A DNA stretch of 63,841 nt, filler included, from an uncultured Methanosarcinales archaeon (GCA_964409385.1; 5 parts of 5 records of this genome joined end to end with filler, not necessarily neighbours in it); one strand, 5' to 3'. Positions 1 through 10,031 are shown, numbered from the whole stretch's first letter. Numbers and translations are program-made. The notes: generated from the letters alone by a model not told the origin.

Positions 1-1295
1 CCTCTCCCAACACCTAAATAATCAAAACCTGCATCTCTTAACTCTTCAGGATTGTAAATGTTCCGTCCATCAAAAATAAATGGTGTTTTCAATAATTCTT
101 TTGCTTTTTTCTTGTTAAAATTCCTAAACTCATTCCATTCAGTTAATAAAAGAACACCATCTGCATCTTTTAAAGCGTCATAAGGTGATGAAGCGTAATA
201 AATTAAGTCTCCAAATTTTTCTCTCATATTATTCATTGCTTCTGGATCATATGCTCTTATGCTAACTCCTTTGTGTAATAAACTATTTATTATAATTTCT
301 GAAGGTGCATCTCTAATATCATCAGTTTTTGGTTTGAAAGCCAAACCCCACATTGCAAAGGTTTTACCTTCTAGACTTCCTAATTTTTCTTCTAAGTTTG
401 GAACTACTAATTCTTTTTGATCAGAATTTGCATAATCAACAGATCTTAATATTGATAAGTCGACTCCTTTATTGTGTGCATCTTGAATCAAGCCAGTAAC
501 ATCTTTAGAAAAACAACTTCCTCCATAACCAATTCCTGCTTGCAAAAAAGCAGATCCTATTCTTGAATCCATACCCATTCCTCTAGCAACCTCCTTAACA
601 TCCGCACCTATAAATTTACAATATCTAGAAAGTTCGTTCATAAAAGAAATTCTTGTTGCGAGCATTGCATTAGATGCATATTTTATTAGTTCAGAATTTA
701 TTACTGAAGTAAACAATACTCTTTGATTGGTTCTTTCTATACCTTCATATAATTCACGCATTATTTCTTTGGCTCGTTCAGAATCTACACCTACAACAAT
801 CCTGTCAGGCTTAAAAAAATCATCTAATGCTGCTCCTTCCTTCAAAAATTCAGGGTTGGAAACAACATCAAAATCTTCATCAGATCTTGAAGAAATTAGT
901 TTTTTAACTAACTCTCCAGTTCCTGGGGGGACTGTTGATTTATTTATTATTACTTTGTAACCATTAATGTGCGTACTTATAGAATTTGCAACATTCTTCA
1001 CATAATCTAAATTCACTGTTTCATCATTATTTGAAGGAGTTCCCACAGCAATGAATATCAAATCATTATTTCTTATTGCATCTTCAGGATATGCAGTAAA
1101 ATTTAACCTTCCTACAGAATAATTTTTATGAACTAATTCTTCAAGCCCTGGTTCAAAAATAGGCATTATGCCATTTAATAATTGTTCTATCTTTTCAGTA
1201 TCATTATCTACACAAGTTACTTTATTGCCTAATTCTGCCAATCCAGTCCCAGTAACTAATCCGACATATCCCGTTCCGAAAATTGAAATGTTCAT
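1..1295 (-). CDS. ugd: UDP-glucose/GDP-mannose 6-dehydrogenase family protein (3' end runs off window)
   Basis: Translated by hand: MNISIFGTGYVGL (Rossmann), KSTVPPGT, SNPEFLKEG, KYASNAMLATRISFMNE, GYGGSCFSKD, GLAFKPKTDDIRDAP. Confidence 0.93.
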   Translation of the reverse strand, partial: MNISIFGTGYVGLVTGTGLAELGNKVTCVDNDTEKIEQLLNGIMPIFEPGLEELVHKNYSVGRLNFTAYPEDAIRNNDLIFIAVGTPSNNDETVNLDYVKNVANSISTHINGYKVIINKSTVPPGTGELVKKLISSRSDEDFDVVSNPEFLKEGAALDDFFKPDRIVVGVDSERAKEIMRELYEGIERTNQRVLFTSVINSELIKYASNAMLATRISFMNELSRYCKFIGADVKEVARGMGMDSRIGSAFLQAGIGYGGSCFSKDVTGLIQDAHNKGVDLSILRSVDYANSDQKELVVPNLEEKLGSLEGKTFAMWGLAFKPKTDDIRDAPSEIIINSLLHKGVSIRAYDPEAMNNMREKFGDLIYYASSPYDALKDADGVLLLTEWNEFRNFNKKKAKELLKTPFIFDGRNIYNPEELRDAGFDYLGVGR

Positions 1296-1297
1296 AT

Positions 1298-2623
1298 TTA
1301 ACCTCCAAATTTCTTCATTAATTTACTCATGTTCTTTTCTTTTCCTTTAAGCATTTTCATCATTTTTCTAGATTGTTTATATTGCTTTATCATTTCTCTC
1401 AGTTCTGAATGTTTTACTCCTGAACCTTTAGATATTCTATCTAGTTTTGAACTTCCTAGTTTACTCGGATCTTCTAATTCTTGCTTTGTCATTGAATCCA
1501 TCATAAACTTCCACTTTTCTATCTTTCCTTCTTGATTCTTCAATAATTCCTTAGGAACTTTTCCTCCCATTCCCGGTATCATATCAACAACTTTTGTTAG
1601 TGGACCTAATTTTTTCATTGATTGCATTTGATCATACAAGTCTATTAATGTAAAATCGCCCTTCAAAAATTTCTTTCCTAAATCCTTGACTTGATCTTCA
1701 TCTATTGAAATTTTCGCTTTTTCTAATAAGGCTTCTAAATCTCCCATTCCAAGAAGCCTTCCAACGAAACCTTCTGGCTTGAATTCTTCAATATCATCTA
1801 AATTTTCTCCAACTCCTATGAATCTGATTGGAGACTTAGTTGTTTTACAGGCGGCTAATGCGCCACCTCCTTTAGCAGTTCCTTCCATTTTAGTAATTAC
1901 CACACCTGTGACATTTACTTCATTCTTGAAAGATTCTGCTTGTTTTTCTGCAGCCTGGCCAACATCTGCACCTATAACTAAGAATGATTCTGATGGTTTT
2001 ACTGTTTTATTTATGCTTTTTAATTCCTTGATTAAGTCTTTAGATAAAGCGTCTCTTCCTGCAGTATCAATAAGTATAATATCGAACTTGTTAAGTTCTT
2101 TGCTGAATTTAGTATAGATTTTTGTAGGATTTTTAATTTTCTTATCCCCAAAAACTTCAAATCCTGCTTTTTTACCCAGTTGTTTTAGTTGGGCTAGTGC
2201 GGCTGGTCTTTGAATATCTAATGAAATAGCAGCTACTTTATGACTTCTATTCTTGAAATATTTACCTAATTTACCTATTGTAGTTGTTTTTCCCTGACCA
2301 AATAAGCCAACAAACATTAGTTTGAATGGTTTTTTAATCTTTAATTTTTTGAATTCGGAACCTACAAATTTTGTTAATTCTTCATATACTATATTTACAA
2401 TATGTTCTTTTTTGCTTAATTTGGCAGGTTCTTTCTCTTTTAATGCTCTTTCTTTAATTTCTTTTGTTAATTCAAGAACTAGTTTTACATTAACATCAGA
2501 CTGCAGTAGTGCTTTTTGAATATCTTTTATGATTTCGTTTATTAGTTTATCGTCTATAAACACTGCATTTGCTATCTTTTTAAGACTGTTCTTCAATGAA
2601 GTGCCTAACGTATCTAAAACCAT
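1298..2623 (-). CDS. srp54: Signal recognition particle protein SRP54
   Basis: GLFGQGKTTT, DTAGR, TKMEGTAKGGGAL, GRLLGMGD, Met-rich M domain; start moved to MVLDTLG. Confidence 0.97.
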   Translation of the reverse strand: MVLDTLGTSLKNSLKKIANAVFIDDKLINEIIKDIQKALLQSDVNVKLVLELTKEIKERALKEKEPAKLSKKEHIVNIVYEELTKFVGSEFKKLKIKKPFKLMFVGLFGQGKTTTIGKLGKYFKNRSHKVAAISLDIQRPAALAQLKQLGKKAGFEVFGDKKIKNPTKIYTKFSKELNKFDIILIDTAGRDALSKDLIKELKSINKTVKPSESFLVIGADVGQAAEKQAESFKNEVNVTGVVITKMEGTAKGGGALAACKTTKSPIRFIGVGENLDDIEEFKPEGFVGRLLGMGDLEALLEKAKISIDEDQVKDLGKKFLKGDFTLIDLYDQMQSMKKLGPLTKVVDMIPGMGGKVPKELLKNQEGKIEKWKFMMDSMTKQELEDPSKLGSSKLDRISKGSGVKHSELREMIKQYKQSRKMMKMLKGKEKNMSKLMKKFGG

Positions 2624-2728
2624 ATTATTTGAAAAGAATATTTCTTTTATAAAATTAATGGGATTATAAGTTGAGAAATAGTGTGCTTGACTGAAAGGAA
2701 CCATACTTCCAAGTATACGGAGGAAAAT

Positions 2729-2749
2729 GTATGCGCCGACAGGGATTCG
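2729..2749 (-). repeat. Degenerate copy of a tRNA-Gly 3' end (att-like scar)
   Basis: gtatgcgccgacagggattcg is 19/21 identical to 2822-2842 (T-loop to acceptor end of adjacent tRNA-Gly). Confidence 0.7.
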
Positions 2750-2752
2750 TCA

Positions 2753-2791
2753 CAGAATCATCGATTCTGAAGTTAAAAATCACTATTTTAA
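2753..2791. repeat. Twin-hairpin intergenic repeat, copy a
   Basis: CAGAATC-atc-GATTCTG, AAG linker, TTAAAAAT...ATTTTAA; similar to 42023-42065. Confidence 0.65.
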
Positions 2792-2824
2792 ACAACAAAG
2801 TTCGAATCACAAAAAGAAAAGGTA

Positions 2825-2895
2825 TGCACCGACTGGGATTCGAACCCAGATAGGCGGCTTGGAAGGCCGCAGTCATGCCGTTAGACCATCGGTGC
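2825..2895 (-). tRNA. tRNA-Gly(TCC)
   Basis: GCACCGA/TCGGTGC acceptor; GCGGC-CT-TCC-AA-GCCGC anticodon arm; GGTTCGAATCC. Confidence 0.96.
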
Positions 2896-2990
2896 TCAAA
2901 TTCTCTGAATTATACTTAATTTATATAGTTTATCACCCATTCCAAAAATAAATAGAAAGTAATATAAATGAAATATGTTATGAAAAGAAT

Positions 2991-3386
2991 ATGGCAAAAA
3001 ATGAATTGATTGACAAAAGATTTGATGTTGGTGAAGTAATAAAACTAGAATTGTTTAAAGAATTAAATGTTAAACAATTAAGACTGAAATCAACTGTTGA
3101 AATTTATAAAACTAAATCAGACGAGACTGGTGCAGGTTTCGTAAATGTAGATCCTTATTTAATAATAACTGCTAAAAAATTCCCAAAAACATATTTTACA
3201 ATAATAATTAAATTTTCTGAAGGAATAGCTGTTTCTGAATTGATTGTTAGGCCAGAAAGTGGTATCTCCAGATATCCTTTTAGTTCGTGGATTTTGGATA
3301 AACTAACTGTTATTTTTGAAAATCTTAAAAAAAATAATAATTTAAGAAAACATCTTAAGAATGCGAAAGTATCATTTGTCGATTAA
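2991..3386 (+). CDS. Hypothetical protein
   Basis: 131-aa ORF with TATA-like element upstream; no recognisable motif. Confidence 0.6.
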   Translation: MAKNELIDKRFDVGEVIKLELFKELNVKQLRLKSTVEIYKTKSDETGAGFVNVDPYLIITAKKFPKTYFTIIIKFSEGIAVSELIVRPESGISRYPFSSWILDKLTVIFENLKKNNNLRKHLKNAKVSFVD

Positions 3387-3418
3387 TTTTATAAATAACT
3401 AATAAATAACACAGTCTA

Positions 3419-3530
3419 GGACGACCATAGGGGCGTGGCCCTACCCGATCCCATTTCGAACTCGGAAGTCAAGCACGTTTCCGTTCTGGATTGTACTGTG
3501 TTTTTGCACGGGAACCCCAGAAAGTTGTCC
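3419..3530 (+). rRNA. rrf: 5S rRNA (stand-alone, not linked to 16S/23S)
   Basis: CCCGATCCCATTTCGAACTCGGAAGTCAAGC core; GGACGAC/GTTGTCC terminal helix; TTTTATAAA about 25 nt upstream. Confidence 0.92.
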
Positions 3531-3533
3531 GTC

Positions 3534-3710
3534 TTATTTTTTTAATTTCTCAGAAATCTCTTTTTTTAACAATTTAGCTTCATTTTCTATTTTTTCTAAG
3601 TAAGAAATGTCTGCAAATAGTTCTTCAGCACAAGGTTTACAATAATAATGTTGTGTGTTTTTCATTCTTAATGTAACATCCTTTTCCTTGCAAATAGTAC
3701 AATCAGGCAT
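3534..3710 (-). CDS. Small zinc-finger protein
   Basis: MPDCTICK...YYCKPC (two CxxC); start moved to ATG 3710. Confidence 0.7.
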   Translation of the reverse strand: MPDCTICKEKDVTLRMKNTQHYYCKPCAEELFADISYLEKIENEAKLLKKEISEKLKK

Positions 3711-3741
3711 GAATAAGCAAGAATGTTTTTTCTTTAAAAAT

Positions 3742-4977
3742 TTATTGTTGTGTTTTTCTTCTAGCGTATTGGGCAGGATTTTTAATTTTAGAACATAAAT
3801 TGTCAGGAGTGCAAACTCCACAACCTACATAATACGCTTCAGAATCACAATTAGGAGGTAATACTGGTTTTTTTCTAAAATGATAAGATAACTGGCTTTC
3901 TAAATAATTGCCTCTTAAAGGCTCTAAATGTTTCTTATTCCAGTCTTCGACGAATTCTCTAATTTGTTCTTCACTCCAACCCATACTACTTAAAAAATTT
4001 AATGTCGCGAACAATATTCTCTTTCTACCATCTTTCAATCCTTTTTTAAGATTAAACCAGCAAGGAGGAAAGAATTTTTCTGGAATTGCCTGTTCTGGGA
4101 TTACATATTCTTTTTTTATTTTTTTATCTTCAACAATTGGAGAATGATCTAAAGCCCTGATTAAAAGATCTTCAGCATCCCCTGACGAAGTTCTATCAAG
4201 AAATACCCTGCCTAACTTTGCCTTTTTTGGATTTGCAGTTTCTTTGTCAAACCCCAATATTTCTTCTGAAGAAATAGGTATGCTAATCAAACCAGACTTT
4301 TCATGAAATGAATAAGGCATTCTATATAAATGTCTTGAAGAAATCAATAAAGTGTCTATTTCAATGAATAAATCAGTATTTATGCTTAAACCAGCTGGTG
4401 TTTCAACCTTTAACTTTTCAACAGGAATTCCTGTATTTTCAGAAATTTTTGCTAAATCATTCCCTTCTCTCTTTAAAATTTCTTTTCTTAATGGTTTTTC
4501 AATTAAAAATTTAATATATTCTGCAATCTTCTTAGGTGCGTCAGGAAACATTTCTGAAACTTTTTCTCCCTTTATTGTTTCAGGAAAAGATTCCCAAGGA
4601 ACACCAATATGAAATCCTTTATTACCACTGAATTTTACGCCGACATTCTTAACATTACAATGTTTTAGTGCTTCAACAATATAATTTGTTGTTAATTTAC
4701 TGTATTCAAAAAATTCACAATCAATATCTATAACTAAATCCCATCCTTTTCTAGCATCTAATTTTAAAGGATTATTCCATAATTCTTCAGAACAATGTAA
4801 TGAAGACATTCCTTTTTTTGCAAGTTCTAAAACATCATTATCAAATTTTAAAGTGTCAGGTCTTTTCCCAAACCCATAACGGAATTTGAATGCTATTTCT
4901 TTATCTTTAGAAGCTTCAACCAATAATTTTTGGACTTCTGGTTTTTTATAGTAAGAAAGCGTTTTAGCAATTAACAT
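3742..4977 (-). CDS. priSL: Fused DNA primase (PriS catalytic domain + PriL Fe-S domain)
   Basis: AEP motifs DLVIDID, SGNKGFH, RMPYSFHEKSG; C-terminal FPPC...GRKR...PPNC..C..C. Confidence 0.9.
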   Translation of the reverse strand: MLIAKTLSYYKKPEVQKLLVEASKDKEIAFKFRYGFGKRPDTLKFDNDVLELAKKGMSSLHCSEELWNNPLKLDARKGWDLVIDIDCEFFEYSKLTTNYIVEALKHCNVKNVGVKFSGNKGFHIGVPWESFPETIKGEKVSEMFPDAPKKIAEYIKFLIEKPLRKEILKREGNDLAKISENTGIPVEKLKVETPAGLSINTDLFIEIDTLLISSRHLYRMPYSFHEKSGLISIPISSEEILGFDKETANPKKAKLGRVFLDRTSSGDAEDLLIRALDHSPIVEDKKIKKEYVIPEQAIPEKFFPPCWFNLKKGLKDGRKRILFATLNFLSSMGWSEEQIREFVEDWNKKHLEPLRGNYLESQLSYHFRKKPVLPPNCDSEAYYVGCGVCTPDNLCSKIKNPAQYARRKTQQ

Positions 4978-5027
4978 GTAATAAAGAAAGGGAAGGATTT
5001 TAAAAAGATTTACTGATTAATTAAAAT

Positions 5028-5855
5028 ATGCGAGAGATAATTAATGATCTTACTAGTAAAAAAGAACTACGTGGTTTAGAAGATTTCTTTAATGAATTCT
5101 TAAAAAAAGAGTTAAAACATAATTTTGAACTAAAAAAATTGATTAATTTACCCATAAAACAGTTAAAGAAGAAAAAAATTTACAATGAATTCTTTAAAAA
5201 ATCAAGAAGTGAGGCGAGAAGAATTTATGGAATGTTCTTTGATAAAAATTATAATAAAAAAGAAGTTTATCTTCAAGAATATGAAAAAACCAAAAATTCT
5301 GAATTGTTAAATAAAATTTTGGAATTGCACAAATCAAGCAGGGAAAGACTAGATTTCTATGAAACTTTTTATAATGAAATATTTAAAAAAATTGGAAAGG
5401 TAGAAACAATATTGGATCTTGGATGTGGCTTTAATCCATTTTCTTACAATCTACTGAATCAGAAAACAAAACATTATTGTGTTGAGATTTCAGAAGATAC
5501 TGTGAAATTCATAAATTTGTTTTTTAAGATAGAAGGAATAAAAGGAAAGGCTTTCAAAATAGATCTTGTTAAAAATCATGAAAAGATTAAGATGTTTAAG
5601 ACAGATGTGTGTCTTGCGCTTAAACTTTTCGACAGTTTAGAAGAAAGAAAAAGACATATTACTAAAAGAATAATTAACGAAATTAATGCGAAAGTTTTAG
5701 TTGCTAGTTTCCCAACAAAAAGTTTGGGTGGTCGACGAGAAATACAAAAAAATAAAAGAGCATGGTTTGAGAAAAATTTTGAAAATTTTTCAACAATAGA
5801 CTTTGAAAATGAAATTGTTTATTTGTGCCCATTGGACAATCATAAAAAAGCGTAA
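5028..5855 (+). CDS. ArmA/Rmt (FmrO) family 16S rRNA m7G1405 methyltransferase homolog
   Basis: LHKSSRERL, ILDLGCGFNP, LALKLFDSLE, ASFPTKSLGGR, WFE, ENEIVY in the ArmA/RmtB motif order. Confidence 0.85.
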   Translation: MREIINDLTSKKELRGLEDFFNEFLKKELKHNFELKKLINLPIKQLKKKKIYNEFFKKSRSEARRIYGMFFDKNYNKKEVYLQEYEKTKNSELLNKILELHKSSRERLDFYETFYNEIFKKIGKVETILDLGCGFNPFSYNLLNQKTKHYCVEISEDTVKFINLFFKIEGIKGKAFKIDLVKNHEKIKMFKTDVCLALKLFDSLEERKRHITKRIINEINAKVLVASFPTKSLGGRREIQKNKRAWFEKNFENFSTIDFENEIVYLCPLDNHKKA

Positions 5856-5906
5856 CATATTAATAGTAGTAGCACAACATCAATACATAAAAGGGGTGAA
5901 AATAAC

Positions 5907-6710
5907 ATGATTATCAAAGACGATGTGCTTAGCAGGCTAAGAAGATATTTTGACTTAAATCTTTACGAGGTTAAAATTTGGACGGCATTACTTTCTAGAG
6001 GAACGTCTACTGCAGGAGAACTAAGTGATATTGCTAATGTTCCGAGAAGTAGAAGTTATGATGTTCTTGAAAGCCTAGAAAAAAAAGGTTTTGTAGTGGT
6101 TAAATTAGGAAAACCAATCAAATACTTAGCTGTAGATCCCAATGAAGTAGTTGAAAGAGTTAAGAAAAATATAAAACAGCACGCTACTGAAGCATCTAAC
6201 AGACTAGATGAACTAAAAGATACAGAATTAATACAAGAATTAAATAGTCTTCATTCTCAAGGGGTAGAATTAATAGAACCAACAGATCTTTCAGGAAGTC
6301 TTAGAGGAAGACATAATTTATATAATCATATTGAATTGACGATAAAAAATGCTGAAAAAACAGTAACAATAGTAACAACCAGCCAAGGATTAATGAGAAA
6401 GGTGGAAGGACTAAAACCAGTTCTTGAACAATTACATAATAGAGGCGTTAAAATAAGAATAGCAGCTCCGTTGAATGAAGAAACAAAAGATGCTGTTAAA
6501 GACATCAAAGGAATTGCAGAAATTAGAAATAATAACTCTAAAGCAAGATTTGTTGTTGTAGATGGAAAAGAACTAATATTCATGGTTTTAAACGATCAAG
6601 AAGTACATCCTAGTTATGATGTTGGAATATGGGTTAATACTCCTTTCTTTGCATCTGCTCTTGAAGAATTGTTCGACATGGCATGGAATCAAATGGAACT
6701 TCCAAACTAA
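5907..6710 (+). CDS. TrmB-family transcriptional regulator
   Basis: LNLYEVKIWTALL...VPRSRSYDVLESLEKKG wHTH plus PLD-like effector domain. Confidence 0.92.
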   Translation: MIIKDDVLSRLRRYFDLNLYEVKIWTALLSRGTSTAGELSDIANVPRSRSYDVLESLEKKGFVVVKLGKPIKYLAVDPNEVVERVKKNIKQHATEASNRLDELKDTELIQELNSLHSQGVELIEPTDLSGSLRGRHNLYNHIELTIKNAEKTVTIVTTSQGLMRKVEGLKPVLEQLHNRGVKIRIAAPLNEETKDAVKDIKGIAEIRNNNSKARFVVVDGKELIFMVLNDQEVHPSYDVGIWVNTPFFASALEELFDMAWNQMELPN

Positions 6711-6714
6711 TTCT

Positions 6715-7332
6715 ATGAAAGACAAAAAAAAACAAATAGCAATAATAGGTTCTAGTAAAGCAATATGCACAAAAAAATCATATGAACAAGCATACAATCT
6801 AGGGAAAGAACTTGCTAAAAGGAATTGTATTGTTCTTACAGGAGGCGGACTTGGAGTTATGGAAGCCGCATTAAAAGGAGCAAAAGAAGCGGATGGATTA
6901 ACACTAGCAATACTTCCTTGGGAGAATATTAAGAAAGTGAATGATTATGCGGATGTTGTTGTGGCCACAGGAATAGGATGGAGTAGAAATTCAATAAATT
7001 TAAGTTCTTGTGATGGCGCAATAATAGTGGGTGGTGGTGCTGGAACATTAAATGAAGCAAGCTATGCGTACATGCTTAGCAAACCCATTGTTGCATTAGC
7101 CTCTAGTGGTGGAACTGCTAAAAAATTGGCAGGAACATACTTAGATGTTAGAAAAACAGAAAGAATATTCTCTGCAGAAAATACACTAGAAGCAGTAAAT
7201 AAAATATTAGATATAATAAAAAAAAGAGAAAAACAAAAAGGATTTTCAGAATTTGATAAGGATTTAGTTGATAGTGAAGAACAACAAGACTGGAAAGTTA
7301 TTGTAAACAAAAAGAAAAAAGAGTTGAAATAA
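6715..7332 (+). CDS. TIGR00725/LOG-like (SLOG) protein
   Basis: LTGGGLGVMEAA, TGIGWSRN, GGGAGTLNE; start moved to ATG 6715. Confidence 0.88.
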   Translation: MKDKKKQIAIIGSSKAICTKKSYEQAYNLGKELAKRNCIVLTGGGLGVMEAALKGAKEADGLTLAILPWENIKKVNDYADVVVATGIGWSRNSINLSSCDGAIIVGGGAGTLNEASYAYMLSKPIVALASSGGTAKKLAGTYLDVRKTERIFSAENTLEAVNKILDIIKKREKQKGFSEFDKDLVDSEEQQDWKVIVNKKKKELK

Positions 7333-7698
7333 TTATTTTTTCTTTGCTTTAGTTTTAGGTTTTGCAGCAGCAATTACTGATTTTATTTTAGATTTAGGTT
7401 TTTCTTGCTTAACATCTTCTTTTATAGTTACTTTCTTTTTTGGTTTTGATCGTTTAACTTCTTTTTTAACTTTGAGCAAACCTTCCTTTTCCAAAACCTT
7501 GTGAATATCCGCTGTTGATGCTTTGCTCTTAATGTCAAATTTCTTCTCTAAAGGTTCTAAATGTTTCTTATTGCATTTTTTTCTTCTTACATTGCCATCA
7601 ATAAGTACATAATTATCATCAAGAACTTCAACAATAATAGCATAATTATTAGAATCTCTTCCTTTTAATTTTAAACAAAGTCTGCCAACTTCAAACAT
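7333..7698 (-). CDS. rpl14e: 50S ribosomal protein eL14 with Lys-rich tail
   Basis: EVGRLCLKLKGRD...VLIDG..RRKKCNKKHLEP. Confidence 0.93.
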   Translation of the reverse strand: MFEVGRLCLKLKGRDSNNYAIIVEVLDDNYVLIDGNVRRKKCNKKHLEPLEKKFDIKSKASTADIHKVLEKEGLLKVKKEVKRSKPKKKVTIKEDVKQEKPKSKIKSVIAAAKPKTKAKKK

Positions 7699-7957
7699 TT
7701 CTAGCACTCTCCTTAATTAATTTAGTAGAACAAGTACTACAAAGAACGCCTCCAAATGGTCTTTCAGGTCTTCTTTTAGTCTTAGCTAATTGTCTAATTC
7801 CGAAAGGTCTCAAATGAGGAACTCCTGCCAAGTATTTAGAACAAGATGCGCATTGTGCTTTCCCCGGTTTTCTAAGTAAGTAATGAATTCTAGTTCCCTT
7901 TGTGGCTTTAACAAAAACTTTCCTTTTAGTATTGTTTCTTTCGCTTGGTTTAGGCAT
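7691..7957 (-). CDS. rpl34e: 50S ribosomal protein eL34
   Basis: CASC...LAGVP...RPERPFGGVLCSTC. Confidence 0.95.
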   Translation of the reverse strand: MPKPSERNNTKRKVFVKATKGTRIHYLLRKPGKAQCASCSKYLAGVPHLRPFGIRQLAKTKRRPERPFGGVLCSTCSTKLIKESARNV

Positions 7958-8034
7958 AAACTCGTAGAATTTTAGTTCGTTTATAAATATTACCTAGAGA
8001 AAAGCTTAAATAAATAACTAATAGTAACGAAGAG

Positions 8035-9240
8035 ATGCACCACCGATTTCATATGAAAATAGAATATTTCTTGAAAAAAGAAATAACTGAGTTATATATT
8101 ACGAATTCTTTAAGATCGCTCGGATTATCTTTAATATCTGTTTTTTTACCCATATTCTTCATAAAACAAGGATATTCTCTCTTAGATATTGTTTTATATC
8201 TGCTAATAAACATATTTGTTGGCATTATGTTAAGCTATAGTGCTTTAAAATTCATAGCTAAACAAGGGATAAAACATAGTATATTAGTAAGTCTTCCTTT
8301 TCTATTAGTTTTCTTTATAATGCTTCACAACCTGGAAGAACTCATAGTAATATTAGGTAAATATTGTTATTTGACAATTCTTTCAATTCTGAGTGCAATA
8401 TCTGTCAAATTCTATTATATGGGTTTTCATGTTGATTTTGCTAAATTTACACAAATAAAAGACAGTGCTAAACAATTAAGTTTTATTACTGCATTAAGCA
8501 TATTATTTTCGGTACTCGGGCCTATTGTCGGTGCATTAATAATAAGTTATTATTCATTTAAAATGTTATTTGTAATAATTATTCTAATAATAATGTCTTC
8601 CGTAACACCCTTATTTTTTACTAAAGACCATCCAGAACCTGTTGATTTTGATATTAAAAACACATTCTCAAAAGAAAAATTAAAAGAAAACTGGCCTTTT
8701 TATGCAGAAGGAGTTAGAGATTATGCTTCAAGAATTTACTGGCCAATACTTCTTTATTTTCTACTAATAAGCATTAGCCAAATAGGTGCTTTATTCACTA
8801 TTTCAAACGGAATTTTAGTTCTATTCACTATATACATCGGAAAAATAACTAAAGAAAAAAACAAAAAAACACTTTTGAGGACTGGAACAATAATTCATGC
8901 AATAAGTTTAGGAATAAGATCGTTCCTTAAAACAATGTCATTAATAACAATAGTACAAGGAGTGGGCGCGGCAGCTTTTACAATGATAAAAATGCCATTC
9001 TACTCTATTTTTTACAATAATTCTAAAAAAAAAGGTATTAGTAAAGTAATTCTTTTAAGAGAAATATACTTACACTTAGGAAGAGCCACAAGCCTAATAA
9101 TATTAGGAATTTCAATCTTCTTATTAAAAGATGTGAGAGCCGCATTAATAGTGGCAATAGTGATTGGTGCAATATCTACCTTATTCATGTCAAACTTAGA
9201 AGAATTTAATGAACCTTCAAAAGTTTTCTCAAAAACATAG
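8035..9240 (+). CDS. MFS transporter
   Basis: About 12 hydrophobic segments; lies antisense within the spc operon tail; start may be 8053. Confidence 0.8.
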   Translation: MHHRFHMKIEYFLKKEITELYITNSLRSLGLSLISVFLPIFFIKQGYSLLDIVLYLLINIFVGIMLSYSALKFIAKQGIKHSILVSLPFLLVFFIMLHNLEELIVILGKYCYLTILSILSAISVKFYYMGFHVDFAKFTQIKDSAKQLSFITALSILFSVLGPIVGALIISYYSFKMLFVIIILIIMSSVTPLFFTKDHPEPVDFDIKNTFSKEKLKENWPFYAEGVRDYASRIYWPILLYFLLISISQIGALFTISNGILVLFTIYIGKITKEKNKKTLLRTGTIIHAISLGIRSFLKTMSLITIVQGVGAAAFTMIKMPFYSIFYNNSKKKGISKVILLREIYLHLGRATSLIILGISIFLLKDVRAALIVAIVIGAISTLFMSNLEEFNEPSKVFSKT

Positions 9241-10030
9241 AAATTAAAATTGAAAAAATAATATACGTTCCTAACCATCCGGGTCTCCAACCAAGAATAG
9301 AAATGGATCCTAAAGGTTTTAGCTTTTCGTTAGAAACTACCATTCCTGAAATTACTGCATCGGAAGGTAAACTTTCTTCTCTAGAACTATAAATCCAACC
9401 AATAATATTGAATACAGAACTTGGAATTTTTACTGGATTTATGTATGTTTGTGACTTTCCTATAACAACTAGCTTACTATACGAGTTTGATCCTGCCCTT
9501 ACTGAAACATCATAATTCCCCTTGGGTCCTCTTAAACTCCATGAAACCATGCCTGTAGGTGATTCAAAATAATTATCAGATAATACTTCTAATCCGTCAG
9601 GATCTATAATTTCAATAGAGGAAATTTCATTCTTTAAATTAACACTTAAATTAAATGGTTCGTTCTCGACCAATGGAAGAAATGAAAATTGTCCCATCAT
9701 CCAACCAAATAAAATTATTATTGGAATAAAAGTATAAATCATGGACTTGAAAGATTTTCTCATATACTGAGAATTTAATTCCATCGCTCTCTTATTAAGC
9801 TTCATAGCTTTTTTAGGATCATTACGAGATTCTTTAATTTCTTGCTGTAATTTCTTCTGCATAGCCTTAATTTTTTTTAAGGATTCTTGATCTGTGGTAA
9901 ACTTGTAAATTAAAGTAATAATTAGTGTAATTATAAAAGAAAAAATCAATAATCCTAATCCTGGTGGAAATTCAACTATCCAAGATAATAAAAAATCAAG
10001 TCCTGGATCTAAAATATTGAATAAGCCCAT
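9206..10030 (-). CDS. DUF106 / EMC3-TMCO1 (Oxa1 superfamily) membrane insertase-like protein
   Basis: TM, coiled coil, TM, C-terminal GWLGTYIIFSI; conserved position after secY. Confidence 0.88.
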   Translation of the reverse strand: MGLFNILDPGLDFLLSWIVEFPPGLGLLIFSFIITLIITLIYKFTTDQESLKKIKAMQKKLQQEIKESRNDPKKAMKLNKRAMELNSQYMRKSFKSMIYTFIPIIILFGWMMGQFSFLPLVENEPFNLSVNLKNEISSIEIIDPDGLEVLSDNYFESPTGMVSWSLRGPKGNYDVSVRAGSNSYSKLVVIGKSQTYINPVKIPSSVFNIIGWIYSSREESLPSDAVISGMVVSNEKLKPLGSISILGWRPGWLGTYIIFSILISMFLRKLLKVH

Positions 10031-10031
10031 A

